Of a DNA stretch of 64,000 bases, positions 12,809-25,912 are shown piece after piece. Origin of the DNA: Okamejei kenojei. Its lineage: Eukaryota. The translations under genes and the position numbers were made by a program. The stretch is from positions 56,172,001 through 56,236,000 of the forward strand of contig CM069135.1 of the NCBI GenBank assembly GCA_035221665.1, written 5' to 3'. Position 1 is the first letter of the stretch. Every line of letters starts with the position of its first letter. The notes under the pieces are model-generated. The model had not been told where the DNA came from. It did no database searches and saw only the letters and a list, made by a program, of their open reading frames with translations.

Positions 12809-13254
12809 CTCAAGAATTCTATATTTTCTTTCACAGGGTCTCTCTCTATGCCTACAATCACCCTGCCACCCCACACCCACCCACCCCCTGCATTAATCTC
12901 CCTCCCTTGCTATTTCATTCTCTGCAACTCTGGTCCCAGCGAGGATTCTGCTGCAGTGTGCCCCCATGGAACGGCTTTTCCTTCCTCAATAGTAATGCCC
13001 ATGTCCACTTGAATCAAAACCCCACCACTCCTCTTCAGTGTGGAGGAGTTATCCCTCATCCAGGCACTAAGTATGCAACAAATTCTGAAAATTACTTTCA
13101 AGGGAACAGAGAATATTGAAAAGGGATTTGATAGAAACATTCAAAATCATTGGGAACCTGTTCAAAATGCCTGAATCATTGGGCCAAACGGCCTCCCTCT
13201 GTGCTATGGCAAGCAATTTTACTTCTACTATTCTATAATTCCACAACTAGAAGA

Positions 13255-13610
13255 ATGGGCCAGTAGGACATAGAGAGTGGAGCACAGAACTGCCACAGAA
13301 GTTAGGGCTGTAGACTAATGGCACCACTAACCCATGTTCAATCGTGATCTTGAATGCTGCCTGTCCATATTCTCCCCACGACTTGCACAAGTTTCCTCCC
13401 TTGGTGCTCCAATTTTCTCCCTCACCCCAAAGATATATGTGTGGATTAACCCGCAATTGTAAATGACCCCTAAGCATAGGTAAGAGGCAACAACTTATAA
13501 GGCCATGTCAGAGGGAATAATTTGCAAGGTGACAAGGAAATATGAGAGGGAATGGGACTGATCCGATTGGTCTTCAAGGGCCTGCATGGATTCGATAGGC
13601 TGAATTGCTT
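13255..13610 (+). mobile_element. Old tRNA/V-SINE-like remnant
   Basis: Degenerate B-box-like TGTTCAATCGTGA and V-domain-like TTCTCCCCACGAC...GGTGCTCC. Confidence 0.55.
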
Positions 13611-13799
13611 TTTAATTTGAAATAAATATATAATTACATGCTGCTGATTCCAAGGAGAGGACAAGGTAGTGGCTGATATATCCAATGGGATAACAACACT
13701 GCATATTGTTGCCCAGGATACTCTTGATTATTGGAAGATTTCTTCTGGGTTCTGCCATCTGACATCCATGTACAACATTCACATTTTCTTACCACAAAC

Positions 13800-14870
13800 T
13801 AATCCTGCAAACAACCAGTCCATCACTTTCATGTACTCCATTGCCTGAAATAGCCTGTTTGTTAGAAGGCATCGGGAAGCAGCACCAGTACTCAGCTGAC
13901 ACAGCTTGGGAGATCTGGTGGCCTCTTGGTGGGTTTGCTGTCCATATTTTGCTCATGCTCACTTGTCACGTGTAATCAGCAACTGACAATCCAATTATGT
14001 GCTTTACTATTAGGACCAAAGTGTGAGTATCTGAGTTAGTGCATGGTCTGCCTGTAATGATGAAGAGGAACTGTTGACTTCCTCTTTGATCTCCTCCTGT
14101 AGGAGATTAACAACCCAAGTTAGAAAAAGCTGAAAATGACTTTTAGAGTTATCAATATGTACCATCATATTTCACCTCAAACTGATAGCAAATCAAAATA
14201 AATGAGTGATATATGTCATGTATTTGACAATTAACACAGTCAGTGGAATATTGGACCCCATTATCTCTCCATATCCAATGGTCAAATACATCAAGATTCT
14301 AACAATTCCGGCTCCTCCTCCGTAAGTCTGCTGAGAAATGTGAGGAGGACCATCTTTGCTTCTTGACCCTTTTCCCCAATAGTCTGTGCTCTCTTCTCCT
14401 GTAAGGAAATAAAGAGACCTAAGAGTAAGGATTATGGTATACGTTGAATGAAAGAATGAATGAAGTATAATTTGCTGAGCATAACTAAGAGAGAATAGCA
14501 TGACTAAGCAGAAACAAGAAAGTAGGAGCGCATTGTGGATGGACAAAAGTATATGAAAGGAGGTACACTGAAAAGGAATGAGTACAAATGCATGAAAAGG
14601 TAGTGTGAAGGATTATCAGCTTGGACTATGGCTTAAGAAAGTAGGCTGGGGTTGGGATGATAACCATATTAGTTCATAGGTGAATACTCCAAAGTAATCA
14701 TTTTCCTGACTTGTTTTGTCAATGAACTCATGAACATGGTACCACTCTACCACAGCTACCTCACTGTCAAACTTCTACTGTGTCTTCATTTATTCAGCAG
14801 CAGGCTTCTTCCTTCTGATAAGACGAAAGAGCATCTCCCTATGAACTTTTAAAACCCCAAACACCACTCT
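13800..14870 (-). pseudogene. Possible decayed Myb/SANT DNA-binding gene of a Harbinger transposon (three exon remnants)
   Basis: 14860-14695 reads GVLKVHREMLF..RKKPAAE*MKTQ*..EVAV..(frameshift)KQVRK. An acceptor at 14399-14400 precedes EKRAQ..(frameshift)DGPPHI..LTEEE. A further acceptor lies at 14097-14098. Assignment rests on recalled motif pattern only. Confidence 0.45.
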
Positions 14871-15967
14871 CAAAACATATTGCTTCTATTCTCTCACTTC
14901 CTCTGATGTGCTCCCAATCATAATCAATTAATTGGATTAATGCTCTGATGTCCAAGCAGATTTAACAATGATGGATAATTAAACATTTGACACCAAGACT
15001 GCTCATGAACATCACCATCAATCACTACCACCACACATGTACAATAGTCAAGGCTGCATTGGCAACCAACCTCAACCAAAAGTAACCAAAGAATAATCTA
15101 ATTGAGCCTCCTGAAAGATTCTAGCATCACAGAAATCAGAGTTCACCTATCTGATTCACAGTATAAAAATCCAAGTGGATTGAATACAACAAATACTTTT
15201 TGGCCTCACAGTATTATGACTATCGTGCTGAGATCTTTTGTTGCCATACAAGCTAGATATTCAGACCAAGTACAGTCACCACAATCCTATCAAATCAATA
15301 GTCGGGAAAATTAGACAGGTATTACCAGAAAGGAAGAAAAATCCAATCTAGCCAATTACAGCCCGATCATTGTCCACTCAATCATTAGCAAACGTCGTAA
15401 GGTGCCATAATGGTGCCATCAAAAAATACTTCCTCACCAATAACTTGTTCTTCTCTCTCTGTTTAGATTCTTCCATGCATTTTCTATTCCAGATCTCATC
15501 ACAGCCTTAATCCAAACATGATAAATCAACTGAATTCCAGAGGAGAGGAAAAGTGACTAACCATTAAAATCAATGCAACATTTAACAATCTGATGGGCCT
15601 CTGAAAGACAATGTGAAATAAAGCTCTCCAGTGGCTGGAGTTGTACCTCAAACAAACAAAGATGATTTAAGTTGTTGGCTGACAATACTCTCAGTCCCAG
15701 GACATTGCTGAATAAGTTCTTCAGGGAGTGTCCTAGGCTCAAACATCTTCAATTCTTCATTCATGGGTATGCTTCCATCGTAAATTCATAAAACGGGAGG
15801 TTTGTTGATTAATGCATAGTAGTTTGCTCCATTCATACCTCCTCAGACAATGAAACAATCCATGTTTGTCCAAAGTGAGGCATGCACTGATAAGTGGATA
15901 GTTACAGTCACCGCACACAATTGACAAGCAATGCACTGGATGATCCTGCCCACCATCAACATTAGTG

Positions 15968-16153
15968 TGAAAGATACTTCTAGATGCGCTGGGATGCATC
16001 CTCAGGGATGTAACCTGGGGTCATCGGGTGTTTCGGGTCTCACAATATCAGACACCCTCGCCCAGGCGACCCAGCCAGGGTTGATCAAGCCCCAACTTGC
16101 ATCCCAGCCGCAACCGCCCACGGATCAGCCCTCTTAATCCAAAGCCACCTAGA
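15968..16153 (-). mobile_element. Hero-clade (RLE) non-LTR retrotransposon 3' end
   Basis: Minus strand encodes SRWLWIKRADPW...*, matching the C-terminus at ~39215-39255 (SCWIWLKRKDPCW); 3' UTR homologous to 39334-39408. Confidence 0.85.
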
Positions 16154-16699
16154 GTCACTAGAGAAGAGAAAATTAACTGTCCTAGCCACATGATGAAAAT
16201 AGTTGCAACAGCAAGTCAGATCCTCGCTATTTTGGAGGAGGTGATTCACCCCTGACTATCCAGAGTCTATCCACTATTTACAAGGAACATTCCTTAAACC
16301 TGATGGAAACCCTTCACCAATCCCGAATGTATGTACTGTCAACAATTCTAAATTATGTCACACCATCAAAGGTAAAGAATTCTACTTGACTACTGACTAA
16401 TAACACAACCGCACACATTAATTTTCCTTATAACTGATGTACTGTAACCAGAATGTGCACCATCTACAAAACACAGAGCAGTCATTGAGCAAATTAACTG
16501 TAACACGATAATGCTATAACGCTACATTTACACTCTGGTATTGTTTTGTCTTTGCATGACATGTACTTGTGCAAGGCCTGAATGTACTCATGCATTGTAT
16601 GATTTGGCTGGATAGCAAACAATGGTTTTCACTGTATCTCGACACGTGTGACAATAATAAACCAATGCCAATATCAAATGCAGCAAGACCTGGGCAATG

Positions 16700-16825
16700 G
16701 AAACAGAGGAACTACAGATGCTGGAATCTTATGTAGAACACAAAATGCGGGAGTAACTCAGCTTCAGACTGCGTCTCTGGAGGACATGGATAGGCGCCAT
16801 TTTGAGCCGGGATCCTAATTCAGAG
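16700..16825 (-). mobile_element. Penelope pseudo-LTR remnant
   Basis: GGAACTACAGATGCTGGAATC...CACAAAATGCGGGAGTAACTCAGC motif shared with the element at 33135-34745. Confidence 0.7.
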
Positions 16826-19800
16826 AATATCCAGGCTTGAGCTGATAGGTTACAAGTTACATTCATACAAAGCTAGCTATCTCCCACAGTCAATACTATC
16901 CATATCCTGGGGAAGGGGTTCCCATTGACCTGAAATTAAACTGGAGTAGCCATATACATAATGTGGCTATAAGCGCAGGTCAGAGGGGCTAGGAATCGTG
17001 AGACGACGGACTCATCTACCGATTTTGAAAAGCTTATCCATTATTGCAAGATCAAGTCAGAAGTGGAATACTCTCCACTTGCCTGTATGAGGACAGCTTC
17101 AACAACACTCAAATAGCTCGACATCATACAGGACATAGCAGACCGCTGGATAGACATCCAATCCACAACCATTCACTCACTCTACCTCCATTGCACAGTA
17201 ACATCAGTTTGTACCATCTACAGGATGAGGTGCAGCAACTCACCAAGTTTCCTTCGACAGAAATGCCCAAACCAATGGCCACTTCAAACTAGAAGGGCAA
17301 GAACAGCAAATGTATGGGAACACCACCACCTGGAAGTTGCTGTCCAGGCCACACACCATCGTGACTTGGAAATATATCACTGTTCCTTCACTGTAGCTGC
17401 ATTAAAATCCTGAAACTCCCTCCTCAATAGCATTGTCGGCTTACAGACATCTCAAGGACAGCAGTGGTTTAAGAGGCAGCCTACCATCTCCTTCTTAGGG
17501 CACTTAGGGATGGGTGATTAAATGCCAGTCAGCCTGCAAAGGCCATCTCTCTTGAATGATGGAAAGAAATTCAGGATAAATCGCATACGGTACAAGCAGA
17601 ACAGATCGGAGAATTAATACTGCCGTCAATGACTGCATGTGGAAAAGGATCAGTCGTCCAACCTCTTATTTTACTCTGGTTTTGGAATAAGTGAATCAGT
17701 GGTATTTTGGTATTCATACTAAATCAGTGATTAAGGCAACTTGAAGAGGAATGTGTGTGACTGTAGGACAAAAAAAATCAGGAAAGGGAACATGTAGTTT
17801 AGTGCAAAAAAAATGAAGCAGCCCATTTTGGAAGAAAAATAACTTGGATAAAACATGTTCACTAAATAATAACACTCATGAGCAAGGGATCAGAAGGATC
17901 TATGGAAAACTATGTATAGATTCTTCAACTGATCATTCAACTCAATAAGCCATGAAGACCAAATAAAATAATGGGATTTTATACAGAGGGTCTAAAAAGC
18001 AAGAAGCAATTTAACATTTCTTTATGACATTAGCCAAGCCACAGATGGGATAATGTGTGTAGTTTTGGGCACTGAATTACCGGAAACAAGAAAAGACATA
18101 GAAATGTTTGCCAAAATGAAACCACAAATGAGAGGTTATTTATATACAAGCTCAAAAATATGTGCTACTAAAGCAAAGCTAATCTTCACAGTGAGACAAT
18201 GTCACAGATGCACTTTTTCCTGTCCAATGTTTAAAACGCTTCTGTTTATATGTATTCTTAATGATTATTTATTTATTTAATGAATGAAGTAAAGCAAGAA
18301 TTGATGGTGCAACTGATGAACTGTCACACGGACCAAAACTATTGGTTGAAATGTTTTCAGTTTTTAAACTTGTACTTTTTTTTTCAATTTTCATTCCTAA
18401 TTGTTTTGTAAGATTTATCGGTAACTAAGTTTTCATGAAACATGAACTTAATGATTACCTTTTATCTGCAATGATAAACACAATTCTCATAATTATAAAT
18501 TATCACTGCAACTCATATGATGAAGTATATATTGTTCTGATATTTCATTTGCATAACCTGCTAAAATTGACAAAGCAAATTACTGAAATCAGAAGAGGAC
18601 CTCACAGCTTCAGCTGGACATTTACTACTTGTGACCAAGTTGATTGCAATTGTCTCCTTTGCTTATCTGGTGATTTGGTAAAATATCAAATATTATTCCT
18701 AACAGGAAAATATAGTACATTATGAAATATCAATGCTGTTAATCAATAATGTATGGTTTGAGCCAACTTAAAGCCAAATGCATCAAGGCTCCATTTGAAC
18801 CTACTGTACCGTTGGCTTAGTCAATGTTATCGTGCTCAGTTTTGAAATGTAATTCAAGATAACATGGACAGGTCAATTCCACCTTGCCAGACCGATAATC
18901 TGAATAATCATGCACAAAAATTTGACCTAGTCAAATGAATGTGATGAAGCATATATATATAAAAAACTAATCAAGTAAAAGAGATAACAAAAATTGTGGG
19001 AGACACTCATGGTTAGCAGGCATTTGTGTCTGAAGAGAAATCATTTTGAGTTTGAAATGACCACAATTTATGTCCAACTTTGGTTCAAGCACATTATTTC
19101 CTTCTTAAGATATCTTTTAATGATTACTAAAGAATTTCTGAAATCATCACGTGAGTAATTTAATAGAAAGATGTGTTAGCACTACAGTGAGCAAACTACA
19201 ATTTGTTATCAATCTGTAAACAGTTATTAATGTATGAACATAACTGGCAAGTTGCCAAGAAATAAGATAAAGGTTATGATTCTCTGAAGTTTAGATGTAC
19301 AGTCAAAAGCCACTGCAAAGCTGACTGGTCATTTTGACCTGAAATTGTAACTCTCTTTTCCCCTCCACTGTTGTTTATTGGTGTGTATTCTAAGCATTTT
19401 CTGAAATGGGGGGGGGGGGGGGGGGGAGAGGAATCTTACAGGTTTCTACTATCTACCGTATTTTGTTGTGTGTTTTCTTAGACAAACAGCATTTTGTTTT
19501 CAACCATAATTTAAGTTTTTATAGTTAGGTTGGCAGCTAAATCATGTACTTAGGTACACACACACCCACCCACACCCACATGTTTCTCTCGCTCTTTCTG
19601 AGCAAATTAATTTGAACCTGGAAAACATAAATGTTGATTATCCTTGAGGGTTCATTCACAAATGTGCAGTGTAGTTTATAAGAAGGATGGCAGAACATAC
19701 ATATTGACAAAAATAGCATGGACTGGTCCTGCCAGCTGCTATTGTAACTCAATACAAATGTATTTGCCACTGAAGATCTAGTCCCATGACAGGTCTGAGT

Positions 19801-20736
19801 TTTGCTGATTTCACAGGAAGCATTATCAATCTCAAATTAAAATAATTGATGCACACCATTAAATGTGTCCTGTGATACAAGAAACAGTGATGACGTTTCC
19901 TATTTGTCTGCAAAATATAATGCAAATAAATGATGCAAACAGTTTGGAAATCTCAGGGTTGTGTTCACTCAGTTGAAAAGGCTGCTCTCTGCGTGATTTA
20001 CCCTCATTGAAAAGTATGCGGATGGCATCAGTCTCATTCCACAACCTATAATTCAGTACTAATTACTCTTAAATTGGTACCCACGCTCAAATGAGAAAAT
20101 GATTTGCTGTGGTATATCAGAATGAAAAATTTGGACGGGATAGGCAGATTTTATTGGTGTGCTTTATGTAACAATATAAATAAATGTACTTAAAATCATG
20201 AACTTAGACTTGTTTCAATGATTTTTGAGAAAATGGACCCCAAACTTTCAAGCAGAGCTAAGAGTTTAGTATGAAAGCAAATTACTGGAAGATTTTACTG
20301 GCCTTTCTACTCCAGAATGGAAGCTTATAAGATTGAAACTAAATTTAAAAGAGAGCAGATATTGGGGGAAACAGTCGCATATTTATGGTAAAAAAGAAAA
20401 CAGCAACATTTTATGAAGTAAACAAAGATTAAGATAGAAAAATTACCAAGGGCCACTTGGAAGCATCTATAAAAAATATTATGTTTTCCATGTCTGTTTA
20501 TTTGAGGTAGTTAATCAACTAACAAATGAACTGCATTACAAAGCAGGGGCTAAACATAGCATAGTCACTGGACAAAGACTGTTAAAAAACTGTGGTACTT
20601 GTAAGAACAAAGGCAGCCAAACAATTTATGTTCTTAAAAGAATGGTGATATCCCATTAGTGCATCCCCACCAGCAACCAGAGGACTCGCTTGTCATGTGA
20701 AATCATAGGACATTTAACAATATGATCTGTGCTTAC

Positions 20737-20814
20737 CATTGTTTGCTTGCGTTTTCTCCCTGGCCTGCCTCGTCTTTTCTCCTTGTTTCTATTTTTCTCT
20801 GGCTGCTCATCATT
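20737..20814 (-). CDS. DNMT3A: Coding exon (78 nt, phase 0/0), probable DNA (cytosine-5)-methyltransferase 3A N-terminal exon; NDEQPEKNRNKEKRRGRPGRKRKQTM
   Basis: Acceptor CTTGTTTTTATGATACAG (AG at 20816-20815) and donor ATG|GTAAGC (GT at 20736-20735). GRPGRKRK plus 3 residues before a phase-0 intron parallels human DNMT3A exon 3 (...VGRPGRKRKHPP|). The gene call rests on this short motif; neighbouring exons were not found. The frame is also open upstream to ATGs at 20823 and 20913. Confidence 0.6.
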
Positions 20815-21559
20815 CTGTATCATAAAAACAAGGTACAGACAACCAGATGATTTTTTTGAAAAACGATGATGCAGCAGGTCATTAGAATGATCAGCAGGGC
20901 AAAAATCGTCCATTTGCCATTTTCAATATGTACTGTAAAGGACCCTTTAAGTTATCTTCGATTAACAATTTCTTCTCTACAATTTATTACATTTTCTGGC
21001 AACTTGTCGATTCTGATGGAATTTCATCCAAAGAACATTTTTCTGATGTACGCATTCATCTCCAAAGAGACAGTGTAAATGAATTGGTATTTCTTCTCCA
21101 CCATATTTCTGGTGTTGCTCCTCAGGTAACAGGTTGGAGTAAATTTTAACCGGAAGTTAAGAATTCAATGTAAGAATGAGGAGGAGACAGTAGAGAAATT
21201 CTGGTTCTTGAGAATATTTTAGACAGTAGAGAGAAGGCAGCCATGCAACAAGGTTTAAAATGGGAGTTCCTTTGAACGATGGCTGAAAGAGCAGCCTTTG
21301 GCAGTGGACTGGATAATGAAGAATAATCAGCCCATTCAACATAAAGGAAGATGCAGGTTGACATATGTGGATGAAGAAGAATGCTCAATTTGTCTGAAAT
21401 GAAGCCAGAGAAGACAGTAAGGATCTTAAAGTTAATTTGCTGGAAGACTGATTTGAGGTTATGTGCAACTTTGGATGAAAGGCCTCATCCCTAGATTAAT
21501 TTAATAAAAAAATGTTCAACGGTGCAACATGTAAGAACGGCTTCCTCAAAATGATGAAT

Positions 21560-21643
21560 CATAGATGCTGCCTCACCCGCTGAGTTTCTCCAGCATTTTC
21601 TGTCTACCTTCGACTTTTCCAGCATCTGCAGTTCTTTCTTAAG
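21560..21643 (+). mobile_element. Penelope pseudo-LTR 3' fragment
   Basis: ATAGATGCTGCCTCACCCGCTGAGTTTCTCCAGCATTTT...CCAGCATCTGCAGTTC, as at 34667-34740. Confidence 0.8.
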
Positions 21644-21937
21644 CAATTACTTCAAAGGGTATTTTATTATCACGTGTACCAATTACGGTACAGTGATACT
21701 CAATTTACTTGATTGAGGTTTAAATCTTTGTGTTGGGAGTTACATCCCAAAACCACTTGATATTACGTTATGAAAGAAAAGGTGCCTTGTGATGAAGAAA
21801 TTTGGGATTAAAAAGATCTGTTCATAATTAAGGACAAATGCAAAGCTACATATTATTTTACACAGTTTGCAAATTAAAAAATAATTAAATGAGTTTACAC
21901 CTGAGCCCCAAAAAGTTACAAAAATGTTTTAAACAAG

Positions 21938-22249
21938 CGCGGCACGGTGGTGCAGTGGTAGAGTTGCTGCCTTACAGCTCTTGCAGCACTGGAGACCCGG
22001 GTTCGATCCTGACTACGAGTGCTGTCGGAGTACGGAGTTTGTATGTTCTGCCCATGACCTGCGTGGGTTTTCTCCGAGATCTTCAGTTTCCTCCTACACT
22101 CCAAAAACGTACAGGTATGTAGGTAAATTGGCTTGCTATAAATGTGAAAATTATCCCTAGATAATGTTAATGTGCAGGGATTGCTGGTCGGCGCAGACTC
22201 GGTGGGCCGAAGGGCCTGTTTCCACACAGTATCTCTAAACTAAACTAAT
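21938..22249 (+). mobile_element. tRNA-derived V-SINE (HE1-like)
   Basis: A box TGGTGCAGTGG, B box GGTTCGATCC, V-domain-like core, LINE-derived 3' end GGTGGGCCGAAGGGCCTGTTTCC and (TAAAC)n. Confidence 0.9.
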
Positions 22250-22753
22250 ATCAGCGTTGTGGAGTTGAAGCTGCTGGAAAAGGATCCAGGGCAACATATG
22301 AGATTGGTAGCTCAAGGAACAGCAGGAGCTCCTTGTTTGTGGATAATGGCTGCTGTCAGGTGTCTCTGCATTTATGCCTTATGTCCAAAGCAGTTAAAAA
22401 ATAACAGGTAGGTGGTGCAAAGATGGAGGCTTGGGGTAAGCCAATATATATATATATATCACTGTGTACTTAAGGCAATCAACCTTTGAAGAGGTGATCG
22501 TTTAAATTGTTCCCAAAAAATGTGCAAATAACATGCGGTAATGTTCAGAAGCAATCAGTTTGTGAAGAAGCTGGAAATTAAGGCCAAGACAGTCAGCTGC
22601 TAGTTCACCACTGCTTTTAGACCAATAATTTCAAAGGAATCTGGAAAACTACCCTTGTAGAACAATAGCTGGTAGAAAACAAACAGCAATGAACCCACAA
22701 CTAGTTGGTGCTCCCTTCAACTGTGTTGATTAAGAGGGAAAGGGGAAACGCAG

Positions 22754-23140
22754 GACAATAGACAATAGGTGCAGGAGTAGGCCATTCCACCCTTTGAGCC
22801 AGCACCGCCATTCACTGTGATCATGGCTGATCATCCACATTCAGTACCCCGTTCCTGTCTTCTCACCATATTCCCTGACTCCGCTATCTTTAAGAGCTCT
22901 ATCTAACTCGCTCTTGAAAGCATTCAGAGAACCGGCCTCCATTGCCTTCTGAGGCAGAGAATTCCACAGATTCACAACTCTCTGGGTGAAAACGTTTTTC
23001 CTCATCTCCTTTCTAAATGACCTACTCCTTATTCTTAAACTCTAGCCCCAGGTTCTGGTCTCCCCCAACATCGGGAACATGTTTCTTGCCTCCAGCGTGT
23101 CCAATCCCTTAATAATCTTATATGTTTCAATATGATCCCC
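22754..23140 (-). mobile_element. CR1 LINE 3' end
   Basis: (GACAATA)n tail followed by GGTGCAGGAGTAGGCCATTC...; homologous to 2825-3116 and 48863-49350. Confidence 0.9.
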
Positions 23141-24158
23141 TGCTCGACAGGATTCTATGCCATGTGCAATGAACTGTGTGAAATTCAGAAATCAAATACT
23201 GTAAGGTGTACTTCAGAGTTGTCAATGCTGGCTTTGCACAGTTCACTTTGCACATTTCCAGTTGCCTTATAACACCTTAGTATTGATAGAGGCAACCAGT
23301 ACAACATTTTGAACAAATACGTGCTCCTGCTTTGATCATTTTATCATAACTGATCTTGCACCAATATTTCAAAACAATTTTACAGGATGGGGAAGGATAA
23401 TCAGGAAAGAAAAGAAACAACTATGACAACTGACAAATGGCAACTGAAATACGTTCATGACTACAGATAAGGAAATACTGTGGAATTCCAACAATCAATG
23501 GTGACAAATAAACTTATGCCAAGAATTGATCAGCTTGGAGAGCCTCAAAAAGGGTTAGTGAGAGGGATGTAGTAAAAATCCATCTGTTAAAGAGATGAAT
23601 ATTTGAAATAACAATAGAGTCCCATGAAGTTACAGTATTCATATAATAAAAGAAAAGTAGCAAATAATTAGCTTGGGGCAGAAATAACTTTCCCAAAATA
23701 GAAGCTTCATGCTTCACATTATTTTTAACCGAGTCATGCATGTCAACAACATTGACCAAGGCGATGTGTACAACAACCAGTTATAAATAATAATTCTCTA
23801 TGTTTAAGGTTAAATTTTGGTCAAAATACTTGAAGAACTTCATGGCTCATTGAATAAGTTGTTTTTTAACTACAATTGACAGATACTCCTCATTTTAATA
23901 GTTGAACCACAAGGCGTGCACCTGTACAGAGTGCTCTCATAGTCCTGTATTGAAGTATGAGTCTGATAATGTGCTGCAATTTGGAATACAGCTATATTAT
24001 AAAGGTGACAATGTATCTACTGAGTTAAAACCAATATCCTAAGAAATAATATACATGCAATAAAACAAAATAGGACATTTTTTTCAACAGATTCATTGAT
24101 TATGCATATATCCTAATCCTTAAATAAAAGAGCTAACTGATAAGGTAAATATTGATAG

Positions 24159-24414
24159 TGTAGCGGACGCGGTGTTGTCCGTTAAAGAATGAGACAAACA
24201 CAAAGTTTGTCCGAAATTCTTGTTCTTTATTATTACACTAATTCTCCTCACTCACCAATCCCATGCACACGGTTAACCCTTAAATACTCCCCAGGGGCAC
24301 CCGTGACCACACCATGATTCCTACCTCTCATCACCGGGACATGTGATCCCCCCCCCCTCCCCCAAGAGCCGAAGGTTATGTACAGTGCATGGCCCACCAC
24401 CCGGAGCCGCCATA
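24159..24414 (-). repeat. 3' LTR of the Gypsy element
   Basis: Direct-repeat homology with 25930-26170; ends ...CCGCTACA on the minus strand; preceded by the polypurine tract. Confidence 0.88.
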
Positions 24415-25912
24415 TTACCCCCCCCCCCCCCACCCCCCCCCCCCCCCTAGAACTGGAGACACAAAAACGGACGGGCAGCCGAACAAGGCGGCCGGACCTT
24501 GTACGTACATCCCCATGCAAATTTACCTTACCATTTTCTGGTAAGGATGAACTAGGTGGGACCCAAGATGGCGGTCGCCCTTGACGGCAAGGCTGGGCCA
24601 CCTGGACTGGCTCGCTCAGGTCCAAATAGGCTGGCTTCAAACGAGCCACCGACATGGACTCCCCCTGACCCCCCATGTCCAAATCAAAAGTCGTGGGCCC
24701 GTGCCATAGCACCCGAAAAGGACCTTTGTAAGGGCGCTGTAAGGGCGACCAGTGGGCGTTGCGGCGGATGAAGACATACTGACAGTCTGCAAGAGCCGGC
24801 GGCACGTGAGATGGAGCGACACCATGCTGCGACGTTGGGACATGAGACGGGGCGCCGAACCATCTCCCGCAGTCGGACCAACATGGATGACGGCCCCTCC
24901 TAGGGGCCGTCATCTCCCCGGGCATGGTAGGTGGAACGCCGTAAACCAACTCGGCTGATGAAGCCTACAAGTCCTCCTTTGGGGCGGTTCGAATCCCCAA
25001 CAGGACCCACAGCAACTCGTCCATCCAACTGGGACCAGTGAGGCGAGTCTTCAAAGCATCCTTAAGCAGGCGGTGGAAACGTTCCACCAACCTATTCGAC
25101 TGGGGGTGATAGGCCATTGAGTAGTGGAGCTGAGCCCCCAACAGGTGAGCCATTGCTGACCACAGCTCCGACGGCAGCCCAGAAATGCACAGGGTGGGCA
25201 GCATTGGCGAGCCGGCGAGCCCCAACGCTGGTGGTAAAAGCACCAAGGGCTTCCCCTTTAAGGGAAGGCTCCAGGTGCTCTGTGGAGCCCATGGTGGGCA
25301 TGGCTCTAGGCCTCTGCGCCATCCTGGGCACTGTGGACACCCGATCAAGCATACCCACTTCCTGCTGTCTGGCCAGCCACAGCTCGTCGCTAGAGCCCGG
25401 GGGTTTTCAAAACTTACCCCTGCGAGGAGCGGGTGCATGTCGTCTGGAAGCTGTTGCAGGCAGGCATACTCGAAGAGCATGCAATGGTGGTGACCCTCCA
25501 TGAGCAAGAACATCTCACTTCATTAGGGCCAATGATTTACGGTCGCCAAGCCCGCCCATGTTGTAAATGCGGGCTGCTCGCTCCATCCGAGTGAGACCGA
25601 AGGCATGGAGCAGCAGCGCCTTCAGGCCGCCATATTTATCGGCCACTGGTGGATCCTGCAGGAAAGGTATGATTTGCCCGGCCATTTCCTCGTTGAGCGC
25701 ACCGACCACATAATGGTCATGGATCTCATCGTTTGTTACCCTGCGAACGAAGAATTGTGACTCGGCCTGCTAGAACCATACCTGCAGCTGGCCGGTCCAG
25801 AAGGTGGGCAGCTTCAAGGAGACGGCGCTGAGTCGGGCCTGGTCGTCGTCGTCGGTGGCGAAGGGTTGGGTTCTGGCACGGCGCATTTCTTCTTCCAGAA
25901 TATCTATTCTGG

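Larger units (their letters stand above)
15320..17560 (+). mobile_element. Old CR1/L2-group LINE RT remnants (at least two fragments) with nested insertions
   Basis: AAATCCAATCTAGCCAATTACAGCCCGATC (KSN.ANY.PI) at ~15339; decayed downstream RT and 3' UTR; interrupted at ~15965, ~16500 and ~16700. Confidence 0.65.

Noticed and set aside
19408-19426. Poly-G runs (also ~420-432, ~63165-63180) as functional G-quadruplexes
   Set aside because: Simple homopolymers of uncertain assembled length; no evidence of function.
21938-22015. tRNA genes at SINE heads (also ~8450-8525, ~26562, ~54642)
   Set aside because: A and B boxes are present, but each runs into the V-domain-like core and no complete cloverleaf is evident.
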